A stretch of DNA of 64,000 nt, taken from NCBI GenBank assembly GCA_963749365.1, contig CAVVME010000003.1, positions 718,603 through 782,602 on the forward strand. Direction: 5' to 3'. The notes under the pieces were generated by a model. The model was not told where the DNA came from and did not search any database. It saw nothing but the letters and a program-made list of their open reading frames with translations. Shown piece by piece: positions 62,155-64,000 of the stretch. Numbering within the stretch: position 1 is the stretch's first letter; every line of letters begins with the position of its first letter. Made by a program: the position numbers and the translations under genes. This stretch comes from an uncultured Solirubrobacterales bacterium. Its GTDB lineage: Bacteria; Actinomycetota; Thermoleophilia; Solirubrobacterales; 70-9.

Positions 62155-63846
62155 TCAGCCTCCGTCCGGTGCGATCCCCAGGTGCGGCAGCGCGTAGCGG
62201 GCGATCTCGCCGAACGCCGGCGCCGCCACGGTCCCACCGTAGTAATCGCCCTTCGGGTTGTCGACCACCACCGCGACCAGCAGCCGCGGGTCCTCGGCCG
62301 GGGCGAAGCCGACGAAGGAGGCGACGAACTCACTCTCCGAGTAGGTCCCGGTCTCGGGGTCGACCTTCTGCGCGGTGCCGGTCTTGCCGGCCAGCGTGTA
62401 GCCGGGGACCTCCACCGCCGATGCGGTGCCGCCGGCCTCGAGCACGCCCTCCAACATCTCGCGAAGCTCGGCAGCGTGGCCGTCGCTGATCACCCGCTCG
62501 CCGGGATCGCGAGCGACCCGGACCCCGTCCTGCGCGGCCACCAGCCGCGGAGCGCGGAGGACCCCGTCGCCGGCGATCGCCGAGTACGCGGCGGCGATCT
62601 GGATCGGGGTCACCGAGAGGCCCTGGCCAAGCGGCAGGTTGCCCATCGTCGAGCCCGAGTAGTCATCGGGGTCGGGGATGATCCCCTGCTCGTCGCCGGC
62701 AAACTGGATCCCGGTCGGGCGACCGAACCCGAACCGTCGCACCCAGAGGTCGAATCTGCCGCCGTACTTCGAGTCGCCGAACTCGTCGTTGAGCGTCAGC
62801 CCAATGAGCACGGCGCCGACGTTCGAGGACTGCTGGATGATCTCCGAGACCGAAGCGCTGATGTACCCGCGCGGATGCGACTCCTCGATCGTTCGGTCGG
62901 CGACCCGCAGCGTCGGTGGCAGGTCGAAGCTGGTCTGCGGCGTGACCACGCCGTCCTCGAGCGCGCCCGCGACCGTGAACGCCTTGAACGTCGAGCCGGG
63001 CTCGTAGGTGAACCCGGTGGCCATGTTGCGCAGCTCGTCGGGGCTCGCGGAGTCGAGCTCGGTCGGGTCGAAGGGCGGCCAGTTGGCCATCGCCAGCACG
63101 TCGGAGCTGCGCGGGTCCATGACCACGGCGGTGGCCCCGTCGGGCTGGTAGGCGGTGCCGATCCCCGCCAGGACGCTCTCGGTCTCGGCCTGCAGGTCGG
63201 CGTCGAGGGTCAGTTGCAGGTCCGACCCGGCCTCGGCGCCGGCGATCGTCTGCCGCTCGAGCTCGTCGCCGAGCGCGTCGCGGACGACCTCACGCTCGCC
63301 GTCGGTGCCGTGCAGAAGCTCGTCCTCGGACGCCTCGAGCCCGGTCAGGCCCTGGTTCTCGACCCCGACCGTGCCGATCACCTGCGAGGCCAGCTCGCCC
63401 TGCGGATAGATCCTGCGGCTGTCGGGCAGCAGTGCGATCCCGGGCAGGTCGAGCTTTTCGATCTTCGCCGCCGCGTCGAGGCTCGCCTTGCGCTCGATGT
63501 AGGCGAAGCCCGACTCCCGATCGGCGAGCGCCGCCAGGATCGGCTTCTCCTCCGACTCCAGCGCTCGCGCGAGCTTGCGCGCCGTCGACTCGGGGTCGGT
63601 GACCTGATACGGCGTCGCGATCACCGTCGCCGCGTCCTCGGAGACGGCGAGCGACTTGCCGTCGCGATCGGAGATCGTCCCGCGCGAGCCGGGGACGACA
63701 ACCGACTCGACCTGCTGGCTCTGGGCCTCGGCGCTGTAGCGGCCGCCGTTGACTCCCTGGACCCAGCCCGCGCGGACGAGGACGATCAACAGCAGGGCGA
63801 TGAATCCGGCGAACAGCAGGCCGACGCGGCGGTCGATCAGGCTCAC
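62155..63846 (-). CDS. ftsI: penicillin-binding protein 2 / FtsI-type peptidoglycan D,D-transpeptidase
   Basis: 563 aa. N-terminal TM anchor, PBP dimerisation domain, and transpeptidase motifs STFK, SSN, KTGT. Confidence 0.9.
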   Translation of the reverse strand: MSLIDRRVGLLFAGFIALLLIVLVRAGWVQGVNGGRYSAEAQSQQVESVVVPGSRGTISDRDGKSLAVSEDAATVIATPYQVTDPESTARKLARALESEEKPILAALADRESGFAYIERKASLDAAAKIEKLDLPGIALLPDSRRIYPQGELASQVIGTVGVENQGLTGLEASEDELLHGTDGEREVVRDALGDELERQTIAGAEAGSDLQLTLDADLQAETESVLAGIGTAYQPDGATAVVMDPRSSDVLAMANWPPFDPTELDSASPDELRNMATGFTYEPGSTFKAFTVAGALEDGVVTPQTSFDLPPTLRVADRTIEESHPRGYISASVSEIIQQSSNVGAVLIGLTLNDEFGDSKYGGRFDLWVRRFGFGRPTGIQFAGDEQGIIPDPDDYSGSTMGNLPLGQGLSVTPIQIAAAYSAIAGDGVLRAPRLVAAQDGVRVARDPGERVISDGHAAELREMLEGVLEAGGTASAVEVPGYTLAGKTGTAQKVDPETGTYSESEFVASFVGFAPAEDPRLLVAVVVDNPKGDYYGGTVAAPAFGEIARYALPHLGIAPDGG

Positions 63847-64000
63847 GGCGCGGCGACCCCGCCGCCGGCCGGTGCCGCCGGCGCGGCCGGAGCGACGGGG
63901 GCGGTCGCGACCGCGGTCTCGGGCGCGACGGTCGGCGCGACCGCGGCAGCATCCTCGGCGACCGGCGGCACCGTGGGGGCCGTCTCCACCGGCGCCACGG
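63843..64000 (-). CDS. C-terminal Pro/Ala/Val-rich tail of the gene upstream of ftsI (FtsL-like / proline-rich membrane protein position); 5' part off-window
   Basis: Own translation: ...VAPVETAPTVPPVAEDAAAVAPTVAPETAVATAPVAPAAPAAPAGGGVAAP*, with GC-rich third positions. GTGA overlap with the ftsI start. Identity is inferred from position only. Confidence 0.4.
   Translation of the reverse strand, partial: VAPVETAPTVPPVAEDAAAVAPTVAPETAVATAPVAPAAPAAPAGGGVAAP

Noticed and set aside
1-64000. CRISPR arrays, tRNA/rRNA genes, transposases, integrases, prophage or defence-system genes.
   Set aside because: No spaced direct repeats, no tRNA T-loop/acceptor patterns in intergenic gaps, and no recombinase or nuclease-helicase defence signatures were seen. 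Every gap longer than 60 nt was read individually, and the window is otherwise saturated with housekeeping genes.

Overview
Very GC-rich, densely packed chromosomal core region with actinobacterial synteny (Thermoleophilia/Rubrobacteria-like by gene order; not verified). About 68 protein genes are supportable. Most lie on the minus strand, and many are joined by 4-nt GTGA/ATGA stop/start overlaps. Order, left to right: GST-like fragment, yloV, rpmB, the riboflavin operon ribD-ribE-ribBA-ribH, a K+/H+ antiporter, then rpe, rsmB, fmt, def, priA, metK, der and cmk. An aromatic amino-acid block follows (aroF-tyrA-aroA, then aroH and a hisC-type aminotransferase), then rluB, scpAB and trpS. Next come an MFS exporter, a four-gene ECF-sigma module, fetAB, an NHEJ island (split LigD, Ku, a deazaflavin-type oxidoreductase) and the glycine cleavage genes. 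The window ends with the dcw cell-wall/division cluster from an ftsL-like tail through ftsZ. I saw no tRNA, rRNA, CRISPR array, transposase or integrase. Many long ORFs in the track are antisense or out-of-frame artefacts of GC richness, and many real genes had to be trimmed to internal starts. The most interesting observations are these. (1) A short upstream ORF ends in AWFTYYWRFS and is followed at once by a 10-bp stem, in front of aroF-tyrA-aroA; this is a candidate three-amino-acid attenuator. (2) A membrane ORF and an SRPBCC domain are separated only by an in-frame TAG, on the opposite strand inside the dcw cluster. (3) The LigD polymerase-domain gene has a conserved N-terminus with no canonical start codon. 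(4) A double zinc-ribbon mini-gene is translationally coupled between rsmB and rpe. (5) The gene neighbourhoods around ftsZ and the gcv genes are rearranged. All functional calls rest on motif recognition by eye. No searches or computations were run.
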